Positions 8,451 through 16,050 of a stretch of 59,397 bases of DNA are shown here, in pieces; the stretch's first letter is position 1; every line of letters begins with the position of its first letter. The DNA is taken from assembly GCA_038884575.1 (NCBI GenBank), contig JAWABQ010000004.1, forward strand, positions 1 through 59,397, in the 5' to 3' direction. This DNA is from Candidatus Woesearchaeota archaeon (lineage in GTDB: Archaea > Nanobdellota > Nanobdellia > Woesearchaeales > ARS49). The position numbers were made by a program, and so were the translations under genes. The notes under the pieces are model-generated. The model had not been told where the DNA came from, did no database searches, and saw nothing but the letters and a program-made list of their open reading frames with translations.

Positions 8451-10610
8451 ATGGCCATTCTGACAAAGATTGTAAAGAGGAACGGCAGGGTAGTTGACTT
8501 CAACCCTGAGAAAATTGCAACCGCAATCTTCAAGGCAGCGCAGGCAGTGGGCTCGCCTGACATGGGGCTTGCACAATCCCTTGCCACGAAAGTGATTGCA
8601 ACAGCAGAGTCAAGATTCGGAACCGAAAAAACCCCCTCTGTCGAGGATATGCAGGACATAGTGGAGGAAACCCTGATTTCAAGCGGGGAAGCAAAGATTG
8701 CAAAGGCATACATCCTTTACAGGCAAAAAAGAACAGAACTAAGAAACCTCAAAAAAGCAATACTGCAGGGGCAGACAGACGAAGAAGTAGACCTTTCACT
8801 GAATGCCCTTAAGGTTCTTGAGAAAAGATTCCTGAAAAAAGACGCAGACGGAAAGCTCCTTGAGACGCCCTCCCAAATGTTCAGGCGCGTCGCGGCAAAC
8901 ATAGCACAGGCAGACGCATTTTACGGCGGAGATGTTGCTGCAACAACAGAGCGCTTCTACGAAAGGATGCGCAAGCTCGAACTATTGCCAAGCACGCCGA
9001 CACTGATGAATGCAGGAACTTCAGTTCAGCAGCTGGTTGCATCATTTGTGCTGCCTGTCGAAGACTCAATAGAAAGCATTTTTGACGCGCTAAAGCACGC
9101 CGCAATGATACACAAGACAGGAGGCGGCACAGGATTCTCATTCTCAAAGCTCAGGCCAAAGCACGACATCATCGTGACAAGCCAAGGCCAGTCAACAGGA
9201 CCCACAGCATTTATGAGGCTTTTTGACGCATCAACCAACATAATAAAGGAAGGCGGGGCACAAAGGGGGGCAAACATCGGAATCCTGAGGGTAGACCACC
9301 CAGACATACTTGAATTCATCAACCTCAAGGCAGACGGCAAAAGCTTCACCAACTTCAACCTATCAGTCGGAGTCACTGACACTTTCATGGAGGCAGTGCT
9401 GAACGACAGGGAATACCAAATAATAAACCCAAGGACAAGACAGCCAGTAACGACCCTTTCTGCAAGGGGCGTGTTTGACAACATCATCGCCCTTGCCTGG
9501 CAGCGCGGAGACCCGGGCCTGATTTTCATAGACAGGATAAACCAGCACAACCCATTGCTTGCGCTTGGCGAAATAGAGGCAACAGACCCGTGCGGGGACC
9601 AGCCATTGCTGCCTTACGAGTCAGCACCGCTGGCTGCAATCAACCTGCTCTCCTGCGTCAAACAAGGAGACATGAACTGGGAAAAGCTCAAGGAACTGGT
9701 CCACGATGCAGTCCACATGCTTGACAACGTCATTGACGTGAACAAATACCCATTGCAGGAAATAGAAAGGGCAAGCAAGGCAACAAGGAAGATAGGAGTG
9801 GGCATAATGGGCTTTGCAGATACGCTTTACCACATAGGCGTGCCTTATGACTCTGAATCAGGGCTTGAATGGTGTGAAAAAATAATGAAGTTCATCAAGG
9901 AAGAGGCTGTGGCAAAAAGCATGGAGCTCGCAGAACAGCGCGGAACATTCCCCTCATGGGCTGAAAGCACGTTTTCGCAAAGGGGGCTGCCATTAAGGAA
10001 CGCAGGGCTGATAACAATCGCGCCAACAGGCACAATAAGCATGATAGCAGATGTCTCGCCGTCAATAGAGCCGAATTTCGCAATATCCTTTGTCAAGAAC
10101 GTGATGGGCGACACTGACCTCGTGTATGTCAACAAAGTCTTCTCAAAAGTCGCCAAGAAAAGGAACTTTTACTCAGACCAGCTGATAAGGGAAATTGCAG
10201 ACAAGGGCGGAATACAGCACATTCCTGAAATTCCTGATGACGTCAAAAGGGTATTTGTGACAGCACAGGAAATAATGCCTGAATGGCACATCAGGATGCA
10301 GGCAGCATTCCAAAAGCACGTTGACAACGCAATTTCCAAGACAATTAATTTCCCTGCTGATGCAAGCCTGCAGGAAGTCTCACAGGGGTTCATACTTGCA
10401 TACAAGCTCGGCTGCAAAGGGCTGACTGTTTACCGCGACAAAAGCCTTGACCAGCAGGTAATACAGGTGTCGCACGCCAAAAGGTTTGACCAGAAGGAAG
10501 AGCAGAAAGGGCAGAACCCGTTCCTGCGCTGCTCTGAATGCGGGGCCTCGCTGCAGTTCTCCCAAGGAAAAGGGCTGTGCCAGGTGTGCGGCACAGAGCT
10601 GCTCCAATGA
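8451..10610 (+). CDS. ATP-cone class II RNR paralog with remodelled active site (redox cysteines lost)
   Basis: IVKRNGRVVDFNPEKI ATP cone, PSTPTLMNAG, GGGTG, APTGTIS, AISKTIN, YRD; but VASF (S198), TDPCGD, ESAPL (A392). Confidence 0.92.
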   Translation: MAILTKIVKRNGRVVDFNPEKIATAIFKAAQAVGSPDMGLAQSLATKVIATAESRFGTEKTPSVEDMQDIVEETLISSGEAKIAKAYILYRQKRTELRNLKKAILQGQTDEEVDLSLNALKVLEKRFLKKDADGKLLETPSQMFRRVAANIAQADAFYGGDVAATTERFYERMRKLELLPSTPTLMNAGTSVQQLVASFVLPVEDSIESIFDALKHAAMIHKTGGGTGFSFSKLRPKHDIIVTSQGQSTGPTAFMRLFDASTNIIKEGGAQRGANIGILRVDHPDILEFINLKADGKSFTNFNLSVGVTDTFMEAVLNDREYQIINPRTRQPVTTLSARGVFDNIIALAWQRGDPGLIFIDRINQHNPLLALGEIEATDPCGDQPLLPYESAPLAAINLLSCVKQGDMNWEKLKELVHDAVHMLDNVIDVNKYPLQEIERASKATRKIGVGIMGFADTLYHIGVPYDSESGLEWCEKIMKFIKEEAVAKSMELAEQRGTFPSWAESTFSQRGLPLRNAGLITIAPTGTISMIADVSPSIEPNFAISFVKNVMGDTDLVYVNKVFSKVAKKRNFYSDQLIREIADKGGIQHIPEIPDDVKRVFVTAQEIMPEWHIRMQAAFQKHVDNAISKTINFPADASLQEVSQGFILAYKLGCKGLTVYRDKSLDQQVIQVSHAKRFDQKEEQKGQNPFLRCSECGASLQFSQGKGLCQVCGTELLQ

Positions 10611-11182
10611 AAATCTACACAAAAACAGGCGATGAGGGGAAAACCAGCTTTGTCGGAGGGGAAAGGGTCTCAAAAAACGACCTAAGAATAGAGGCAACAG
10701 GCACCCTTGACGAGCTAAACAGCGTGCTTGGAGTCACGCTCGGCTTTGTAACAGACGAAAAAATCCAGCAGATACTAATCAAGGCCCAGCACGACCTTTT
10801 CACGCTTGGAGCAGAGCTTTCCTGGTTCACAAGCAAGGCAAGCACAGGCACAAAGCAGCTGCCGCTAACATCACCCCAGCAGGTAAAAGAGCTGGAAAAC
10901 CACATTGACGAGCTTGACGTGCTGCTGACAGAGCCAAAGTCATTCATCCTGCCAAAAGGCACGCAGGCAAGCACTTTCCTGCATTTTGCAAGAACAGTCT
11001 GCAGGCGCGCTGAAAGGCTTATAGTCTCGCTAAGCCAGCAATACCCGCTGAATCCTGAAATAATAAAGTACATGAACAGGCTTTCTGACCTGCTGTATGT
11101 CATGGCAAGGTACGCAAACAAGGAATTTGCCGCAGGCGAACAGCAGCCAATCTACAAGTACTTCAAGAAGAACGGCGAATAA
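10607..11182 (+). CDS. pduO: PduO-type cob(I)alamin adenosyltransferase
   Basis: MKIYTKTGDEG, GTLDELNS, FILP, ARTVCRRAER, YMNRLSDLLY; ATGA overlap with upstream stop. Confidence 0.95.
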   Translation: MKIYTKTGDEGKTSFVGGERVSKNDLRIEATGTLDELNSVLGVTLGFVTDEKIQQILIKAQHDLFTLGAELSWFTSKASTGTKQLPLTSPQQVKELENHIDELDVLLTEPKSFILPKGTQASTFLHFARTVCRRAERLIVSLSQQYPLNPEIIKYMNRLSDLLYVMARYANKEFAAGEQQPIYKYFKKNGE

Positions 11183-11226
11183 GAAGTTTTTTAAAGCAAA
11201 TAAAACGACAAATTCTTATAACATTC

Positions 11227-11298
11227 GGGCCCCTAGTTCATCGGCAGAACGCACCCCTCGCACGGGTGAGGCGCCGGGTTCAATTCCCGGGGGGTCCA
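11227..11298 (+). tRNA. tRNA-Ala(CGC)
   Basis: Cloverleaf GGGCCCC/GGGGTCC with G3:U70, anticodon loop CTCGCAC, TTCAATT T-loop. Confidence 0.95.
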
Positions 11299-11319
11299 TG
11301 CGTAAGTTATATATGTAAA

Positions 11320-11393
11320 GGGCCAGTAGTTCAATCCGGCAGAACGCGCCGCTGGCAGCGGTGAGGCTCGGGGTTCAAATCCCCGCTGGTCCA
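11320..11393 (+). tRNA. tRNA-Ala(GGC)
   Basis: GGGCCAG/CTGGTCC with G3:U70, anticodon loop CTGGCAG, TTCAAAT. Confidence 0.95.
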
Positions 11394-11395
11394 TC

Positions 11396-12031
11396 ATGAA
11401 AAAAGCAGTGCTGTTTGACTTTTGGGGAACGCTTGTGCAGCAGGGCGCATATTCGCCCCTCAAGCAGACTTACAGGTTCATGCGCCCAGGAATGGTGTTT
11501 GGCGAATTTGTTGAAAAATTCGAGCGGATAGCAATGACAAAGCCGTACGACGACCAGGCAAAAATGTTCAGGGACGCGTTTGACGCATTCGGGCTCAGGG
11601 CGCCTGACTGGGTCATTGAGAAGCTCATTGGGGTATGGAACAAGAACAAGCTCCTCGCAAAGCCCTACCCTGACACAATGCAAGCCCTTGAAATGCTGAA
11701 AAGCAGGGGAATAAAGATTGCAATCGTATCAAACACCCCAAAACTGTCTGTTGACGGAATGCTTGAAAAATTCGGGTTTGACAGGCTCTTTGACGCAGTA
11801 TGCTTCTCGTACGAGACAGGCCTGCTGAAGACAGACGCTGAAATGTTTGACGTTGCCCTCGGAAAGCTTGGCGTAACCAAGGACGAGGCAATAATGGTCG
11901 GAGACAGCCTTGAGACAGACATTGCAGGCGCAGAGCACGCAGGAGTAATGGCTGTGCTGATTGACCGCAAAGGCACGCGCGAATACAAGAACAAAATAAA
12001 AAGCCTGACTGAAATCGAGAAATTCCTCTGA
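11396..12031 (+). CDS. HAD-superfamily hydrolase
   Basis: FDFWGTL, IVSN, K, MVGDSLETD motifs. Confidence 0.9.
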   Translation: MKKAVLFDFWGTLVQQGAYSPLKQTYRFMRPGMVFGEFVEKFERIAMTKPYDDQAKMFRDAFDAFGLRAPDWVIEKLIGVWNKNKLLAKPYPDTMQALEMLKSRGIKIAIVSNTPKLSVDGMLEKFGFDRLFDAVCFSYETGLLKTDAEMFDVALGKLGVTKDEAIMVGDSLETDIAGAEHAGVMAVLIDRKGTREYKNKIKSLTEIEKFL

Positions 12032-12041
12032 GGTGACAAGT

Positions 12042-12449
12042 ATGGATGACTGCATTTTCTGCAAAATCATTGCAGGGAAGATTCCTGCAATGAAAGTCTA
12101 TGAGAATGACAAAATCTTCGCATTCCTTGACATAATGCCTGTCAACCCAGGACACACGCTTGTTGTCCCAAGGGCGCACCACGCTGACCTGCTTGAGACT
12201 CCTGATGATGTGCTCAGCGACATGATAACGCGCACAAAAAAGATAGCAACAGCAGTGATGAAGGCAGTAAAAGCAGACGGGTTCAATGTCGGCATAAACA
12301 CAAAGCCAGCAGCAGGCCAGGCAGTATTCCACACCCACTTACACATAATGCCGCGCTTCAGTAATGATGGCCTCAGGCACTGGCCGCACAAAAAGCTCAG
12401 CGATGAGGAAATGAAAAAAGTGCAGGATGCAATAAAGGCAAACTTGTGA
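12042..12449 (+). CDS. HIT family nucleotide hydrolase (intact triad)
   Basis: DCIFCKII, GHTLVVP, FHTHLHIMPR; GAGGTGA SD upstream. Confidence 0.93.
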   Translation: MDDCIFCKIIAGKIPAMKVYENDKIFAFLDIMPVNPGHTLVVPRAHHADLLETPDDVLSDMITRTKKIATAVMKAVKADGFNVGINTKPAAGQAVFHTHLHIMPRFSNDGLRHWPHKKLSDEEMKKVQDAIKANL

Positions 12450-12487
12450 GAAGCTTTTTAAACCAACTTCTTTCCTTTTCCCGCTAT

Positions 12488-12561
12488 GGCGGTGTAGCTC
12501 AGCCTGGCAGAGCAACGGTTTCATAAGCCGTGGGTCGCGTGTTCAAATCACGCCACCGCCA
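12488..12561 (+). tRNA. tRNA with CAT anticodon (elongator Met most likely; Ile2 not excluded)
   Basis: GGCGGTG/CACCGCC, loop TTCATAA, TTCAAAT; no initiator GGG/CCC anticodon stem. Confidence 0.9.
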
Positions 12562-12609
12562 TAATGCTTAAATACTCTGTTCTGCACGTTGCCCAGTGAG
12601 GTGATGTTG

Positions 12610-12765
12610 ATGGAACAAAAAGTGCGTGGATGGCTTGCGGTCATAGCAGCGCTTGTGGCTGGCTATCTTGCTTGGATTGGCAACACAAAGTGGAGCCTCT
12701 TGGTGCTTGCGCTTCTGCTGCTTATTTCAGGCTACCACCACCTGACAACAAAGCACAGGAAATAA
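12610..12765 (+). CDS. Small 51-aa two-TM membrane protein (absent from ORF track)
   Basis: MEQKVRGWLAVIAALVAGYLAWIGNTKWSLLVLALLLLISGYHHLTTKHRK; GAGGTGA SD and TTAAATA TATA-like site upstream. Confidence 0.7.
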   Translation: MEQKVRGWLAVIAALVAGYLAWIGNTKWSLLVLALLLLISGYHHLTTKHRK

Positions 12766-12836
12766 GCGCATTGTTTTCTTTTTTGTTTTTTTGTAAGAAA
12801 GCTTTATAATAGATTATCCTCAATTCTTCATTGTTT

Positions 12837-12890
12837 GCCGTAGTCGCATAACCTTGCAGTTCCGGAGAACAAGAGGTCTTGCGACAAGGC
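12837..12890 (+). repeat. Hairpin starting with an 18-nt copy of the tRNA-Ser 5' end
   Basis: GCCGTAGTCGCATAACCT at 12837 and 12895; GTCGCA/TGCGAC, ACCT/AGGT, GTTC/GAAC pairings. Confidence 0.8.
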
Positions 12891-12894
12891 ATAT

Positions 12895-12992
12895 GCCGTA
12901 GTCGCATAACCTGGTATTGCACAGGCCTGGAACGCGCTGCGCCACAGAGCCTGGCCCGCAAGGGCATCCCGGTTCAAATCCGGGCTACGGCG
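12895..12992 (+). tRNA. tRNA-Ser(GGA) with 15-nt intron (12933-12947)
   Basis: GCCGTAG/CTACGGC, G73, long variable arm GCCC-GCAA-GGGC, stem CAGGC/GCCTG, intron at 37/38. Confidence 0.9.
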
Positions 12993-13005
12993 TAAAGCAT
13001 TGAAG

Positions 13006-13102
13006 GGATTTGAACCGGGTCCCGGTTCATCGCGCCGACCAGCGGTCGGCGGGAACTTGACAACCGCCGCGGCGGTTGGTCAAGTAATCCGGGCTACGGC
13101 GT
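13006..13102 (+). repeat. Structured element with inverted and direct copies of the tRNA-Ser T-arm/3' end
   Basis: GGATTTGAACCGGG antisense to T-arm; TCCCGGTTCA, two hairpins, then AATCCGGGCTACGGCGT (17-nt direct repeat of 12977-12993). Confidence 0.8.
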
Positions 13103-13124
13103 CGTAATGTTTAAATACTAATTA

Positions 13125-14153
13125 TTGAGCCATGTTCCTGTGGCAACAATAGCATTTTACGAACTTGAGCCCTGGGAAAAGGAATACCTCAAAAAGAGGC
13201 TGAAAACGCACAAGCTTATTTTTATTGACGGCAAGCTCACTGCGGCAACAGCTGAAAAAGCAAAGCTTGCAGATGCAGTCAGCGTCTTCATCTATTCAAA
13301 AGTGGACAAGGCAGCCATTTCAAAGCTGCCAAAAGCAAAGCTCGTGAACACGATGAGCACAGGCTTTGACCATATAGACCTTAAGGCATGCAAAGCCAAA
13401 AAAATAACAGTGACAAACGTGCCCGCCTATGGCGACGTGACTGTTGCTGAGCACACATTTGCCCTCCTGCTTGCATTGTCGCGCAAGATTGTGCAGGCAG
13501 CAGAGACAACCCGCAAGGGCGGCTTTGAGTTCAGCGGTCTTTGCGGCACAGACCTGAAGGGAAAAACCCTTGGCGTTGTCGGCACAGGAAAAATCGGCAG
13601 GAATGTCGCCCACATAGGCGTATGCGGATTTGGGATGAAAGTCATAGCATATGACACCTATCCTAACCTTGATGCTGCAAAAGAATGCGGATTCCAGTAT
13701 GTTCCGTTTGAAAAACTCCTTGCAGAATCAGATGTAATAACCTTCCATGTGCCTTTGACAAAGGAAACAACCCACATGCTCAACAGGAAAAACCTCAACA
13801 AGGTGAAAAAAGGCGCAATACTGATTAACACCTCAAGGGGGGCAGTGGTTGAGACAGGAGCAATACTTGAAGGCATTGCAAAAAAAATATTTTCAGGGGT
13901 CGGGCTTGATGTGATTGAGGAGGAAGGGGCAATAAAGGAGGAGCTTGAGCTGTTGGGCAGGCCTGCAAGGGAGATGAAGCCGGCTTACAAGACCCTCCTG
14001 GAGGCGCATGTCCTTGTGGAGCAGCCAAATGTGATCATAACCCCGCACTGCGCATTCTACTCAAAAGAGGCATTGCAGCGCATAATCGACACAACAATAC
14101 AGAACATTGAGGGCTTCCTGGCAAAGAAGCCTGTGAATGTTGTCAAGTGCTGA
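13125..14153 (+). CDS. D-2-hydroxyacid (D-lactate-type) dehydrogenase; start possibly GTG 13140
   Basis: STGFDHIDL, VAEH, GVVGTGKIG, INTSRG, LDVIEEE, TPHCAF. Confidence 0.92.
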   Translation: MSHVPVATIAFYELEPWEKEYLKKRLKTHKLIFIDGKLTAATAEKAKLADAVSVFIYSKVDKAAISKLPKAKLVNTMSTGFDHIDLKACKAKKITVTNVPAYGDVTVAEHTFALLLALSRKIVQAAETTRKGGFEFSGLCGTDLKGKTLGVVGTGKIGRNVAHIGVCGFGMKVIAYDTYPNLDAAKECGFQYVPFEKLLAESDVITFHVPLTKETTHMLNRKNLNKVKKGAILINTSRGAVVETGAILEGIAKKIFSGVGLDVIEEEGAIKEELELLGRPAREMKPAYKTLLEAHVLVEQPNVIITPHCAFYSKEALQRIIDTTIQNIEGFLAKKPVNVVKC

Positions 14154-14202
14154 CAAAACAAGGCAAACTTTAAAAAGCGCCCTAATCCTATCGCCGTTAA
14201 CT

Positions 14203-14275
14203 GCCCCTGTCGTCTAGCGGCCAAGGATAAAGCCCTCTCGCGGCTTTGACACGGGTTCAAATCCCGTCGGGGGCG
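14203..14275 (+). tRNA. tRNA-Glu(CTC)
   Basis: GCCCCTG/CGGGGGC, stem AAGCC/GGCTT, loop CTCTCGC, TTCAAAT. Confidence 0.93.
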
Positions 14276-14611
14276 TTGGTAACCCAAATAACAGACCAGG
14301 CGCTTGAAGACAGGATTGTGTCATCAGATGCTTTTGTGTGCGTTGCTTTCCTGCAGGCTGGCGGGGAGCATGACAAGCGGTTCCTTAAAGAATATGAGGC
14401 TGCTGCTGAACGGCTGCCTGACAATATTGAGTTTTACTGGATAAACGCGACTGAAAACCCTTCCATCTCGCAGGAATGGCAGATAAGGAAGACCCCCACA
14501 ACAGTCATTTATGTTTCTTGTGAGGAGCTTGAAAGGTATGTTGGCTTCTATGATGCTGACTTTCTGGTAAAAAATATCAGTGACAGGACCAAGAAAAGGC
14601 GCTGCTATTAG
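14276..14611 (+). CDS. Thioredoxin-fold protein lacking CxxC
   Basis: VTQITDQ..VCVAF..FYWINATENPSISQEWQIRKTPT (cis-Pro loop); WCGPC position reads GGEHD; start TTG inferred. Confidence 0.7.
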   Translation: MVTQITDQALEDRIVSSDAFVCVAFLQAGGEHDKRFLKEYEAAAERLPDNIEFYWINATENPSISQEWQIRKTPTTVIYVSCEELERYVGFYDADFLVKNISDRTKKRRCY

Positions 14612-14994
14612 GGCAGATGAATCCTTCCGCCTTTCTTTCCCTCCTTTTTCCAGCGCTTTTTCAGGTCAGAAATGTCCTTAAGAACCATTTGTTTTGTCGG
14701 CTTGAAGTCCCTGAATGCGCTTTTTGGGATGCCTTTTGTTGGAAGCGGAGTCTTGTGTATTTTTCCTGCATTCCAGCCGCGCTTTTTCATTTCCTCAATC
14801 AGCTTTTGGTGCCTTTTAAGGAGCGCCTTTACCCTGTTTTCATACCTTATTGTTTCAGGATGGTTTACCCACCCTCCTTTTTTCCTTTGATGCCTTTTTG
14901 CTATTGCTCCAATAATTATGTGGATTTCAAGGTGTTCGCCAAGCAGGCGCTGGTCATCAAGATACTCAGGCGGGACAAGCCAGACTCTTACCAT
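14608..14994 (-). CDS. Pyrimidine-dimer DNA glycosylase / T4 endonuclease V-like
   Basis: MVRVWLVPPEYLDDQRLLGEHLEIH, NHPET, RHQKLIEEMKKRG. Confidence 0.8.
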   Translation of the reverse strand: MVRVWLVPPEYLDDQRLLGEHLEIHIIIGAIAKRHQRKKGGWVNHPETIRYENRVKALLKRHQKLIEEMKKRGWNAGKIHKTPLPTKGIPKSAFRDFKPTKQMVLKDISDLKKRWKKEGKKGGRIHLP

Positions 14995-15048
14995 GCATGC
15001 AGTAATTAAGGCAAGGTTTAAAAATGCTTCATAAGAATATGTTCTTGT

Positions 15049-15152
15049 GCAGGCGTCGCATAACCTGGTAGTGCACCGGTCTCGAACTTCACGAATGTGA
15101 ACGACAGAACCGGGCCCTCACGGGCCTCCCGGTTCAAATCCGGGCGCCTGCG
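15049..15152 (+). tRNA. tRNA-Ser(CGA) with 21-nt intron (15087-15107)
   Basis: GCAGGCG/CGCCTGC, G73, long variable arm, stem CCGGT/ACCGG, intron hairpin TTCAC/GTGAA. Confidence 0.92.
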
Positions 15153-15153
15153 T

Positions 15154-15645
15154 TTATTTCCTGTAGATTTCCAGCGCTGCAACTGATGTTGGCGCAAATT
15201 TCTTCGGCATTCTTCTCAGCATGCTGCGCATTTCCTTCCATTCCATGAATTTGCCGCTTTCAATCTCGTACTTGTTAAGCCTGCCTGCGCGGCCAATTTC
15301 TGCAGAATACTGGGTGACAAATGCGTTTTCAGGCTTTGCCTTATGCCTGAACGTGAACAGTTTCATGACTTTTTTCGGCTTGACGCCAAGTTCCTCAAAA
15401 ATTTCCCTTATCGCCGCCTGGCGGTATGTTTCGCCTGCATCAACATGCCCTGCAATGGAAACATCAAGAAGCCCTGGATAAACCGCTTTTCTTTTGCTTC
15501 TTTTTGCAACAAATATCCTGCCTTTTTTGTCAAACACGAATGCCTGAATCATTCTGTGGGCAAGGAATTTTTTGTGGCATTTTTCACGGGCTTCTTTTCC
15601 CACAACCCTGTCCCTTCCATTGACAATATCAAGCATTTCCTGCAT
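15154..15645 (-). CDS. NUDIX hydrolase (IDI/YfcD-like)
   Basis: GHVDAGETYRQAAIREIFEELGV Nudix box. Confidence 0.9.
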   Translation of the reverse strand: MQEMLDIVNGRDRVVGKEAREKCHKKFLAHRMIQAFVFDKKGRIFVAKRSKRKAVYPGLLDVSIAGHVDAGETYRQAAIREIFEELGVKPKKVMKLFTFRHKAKPENAFVTQYSAEIGRAGRLNKYEIESGKFMEWKEMRSMLRRMPKKFAPTSVAALEIYRK

Positions 15646-15690
15646 GCTGGAAAACGAACAGCACTTATTTATAAATCCTGTGGGAAAGAA

Positions 15691-16002
15691 TCAGACATCA
15701 ACCATTTCTATCTCAATATTAAGCCCTTCAGGGATAGGCACGCGCATTACCAGCCTCAAGGCCCGCTCATCAAGCCCAAGGTCGATGAGGCGCTTGTGGA
15801 CTCGCATCTCAAAGCGCTCCCAGGTTGCAGTGCCCCTTCCGCACGGAGACCTCTTTGTAGTCACCTTCATCTTCTTTGTAGGAAGAGGAATAGGCCCCCT
15901 TATGTCAACGCCGGTCTTGTCAGCAATATCTTTAATGTAAGCGCATGTTTGATTGAGCTTATCGATGTCGATGCTCGCCAACTTGATCCGTGCTTTTTGC
16001 AT
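15691..16002 (-). CDS. rps10: 30S ribosomal protein uS10
   Basis: GPIPLPTK, RSPCGRGTATWERFEMRVHKRLID. Confidence 0.97.
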   Translation of the reverse strand: MQKARIKLASIDIDKLNQTCAYIKDIADKTGVDIRGPIPLPTKKMKVTTKRSPCGRGTATWERFEMRVHKRLIDLGLDERALRLVMRVPIPEGLNIEIEMVDV

Positions 16003-16050
16003 AAGGTTGGGTCAATGAAAATTTTAAAAATAAACTGTTTATGAGGGCTT

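Noticed and set aside
8451-10610. Second RNR as pseudogene or sequencing error
   Set aside because: No stops or frameshifts; Cys>Ser (TCA) and Cys>Ala (GCA) need multiple base changes, and the losses are functionally coherent.
5434-10610. Inteins or introns in the RNR genes
   Set aside because: Finger-loop motifs are contiguous and lengths are normal; no C..HN intein ends seen.
12837-13102. CRISPR array or trans-spliced split tRNA
   Set aside because: Only two-copy repeats and no cas genes; a complete tRNA-Ser is present and the fragments lack an anticodon arm and long mutually complementary leaders.
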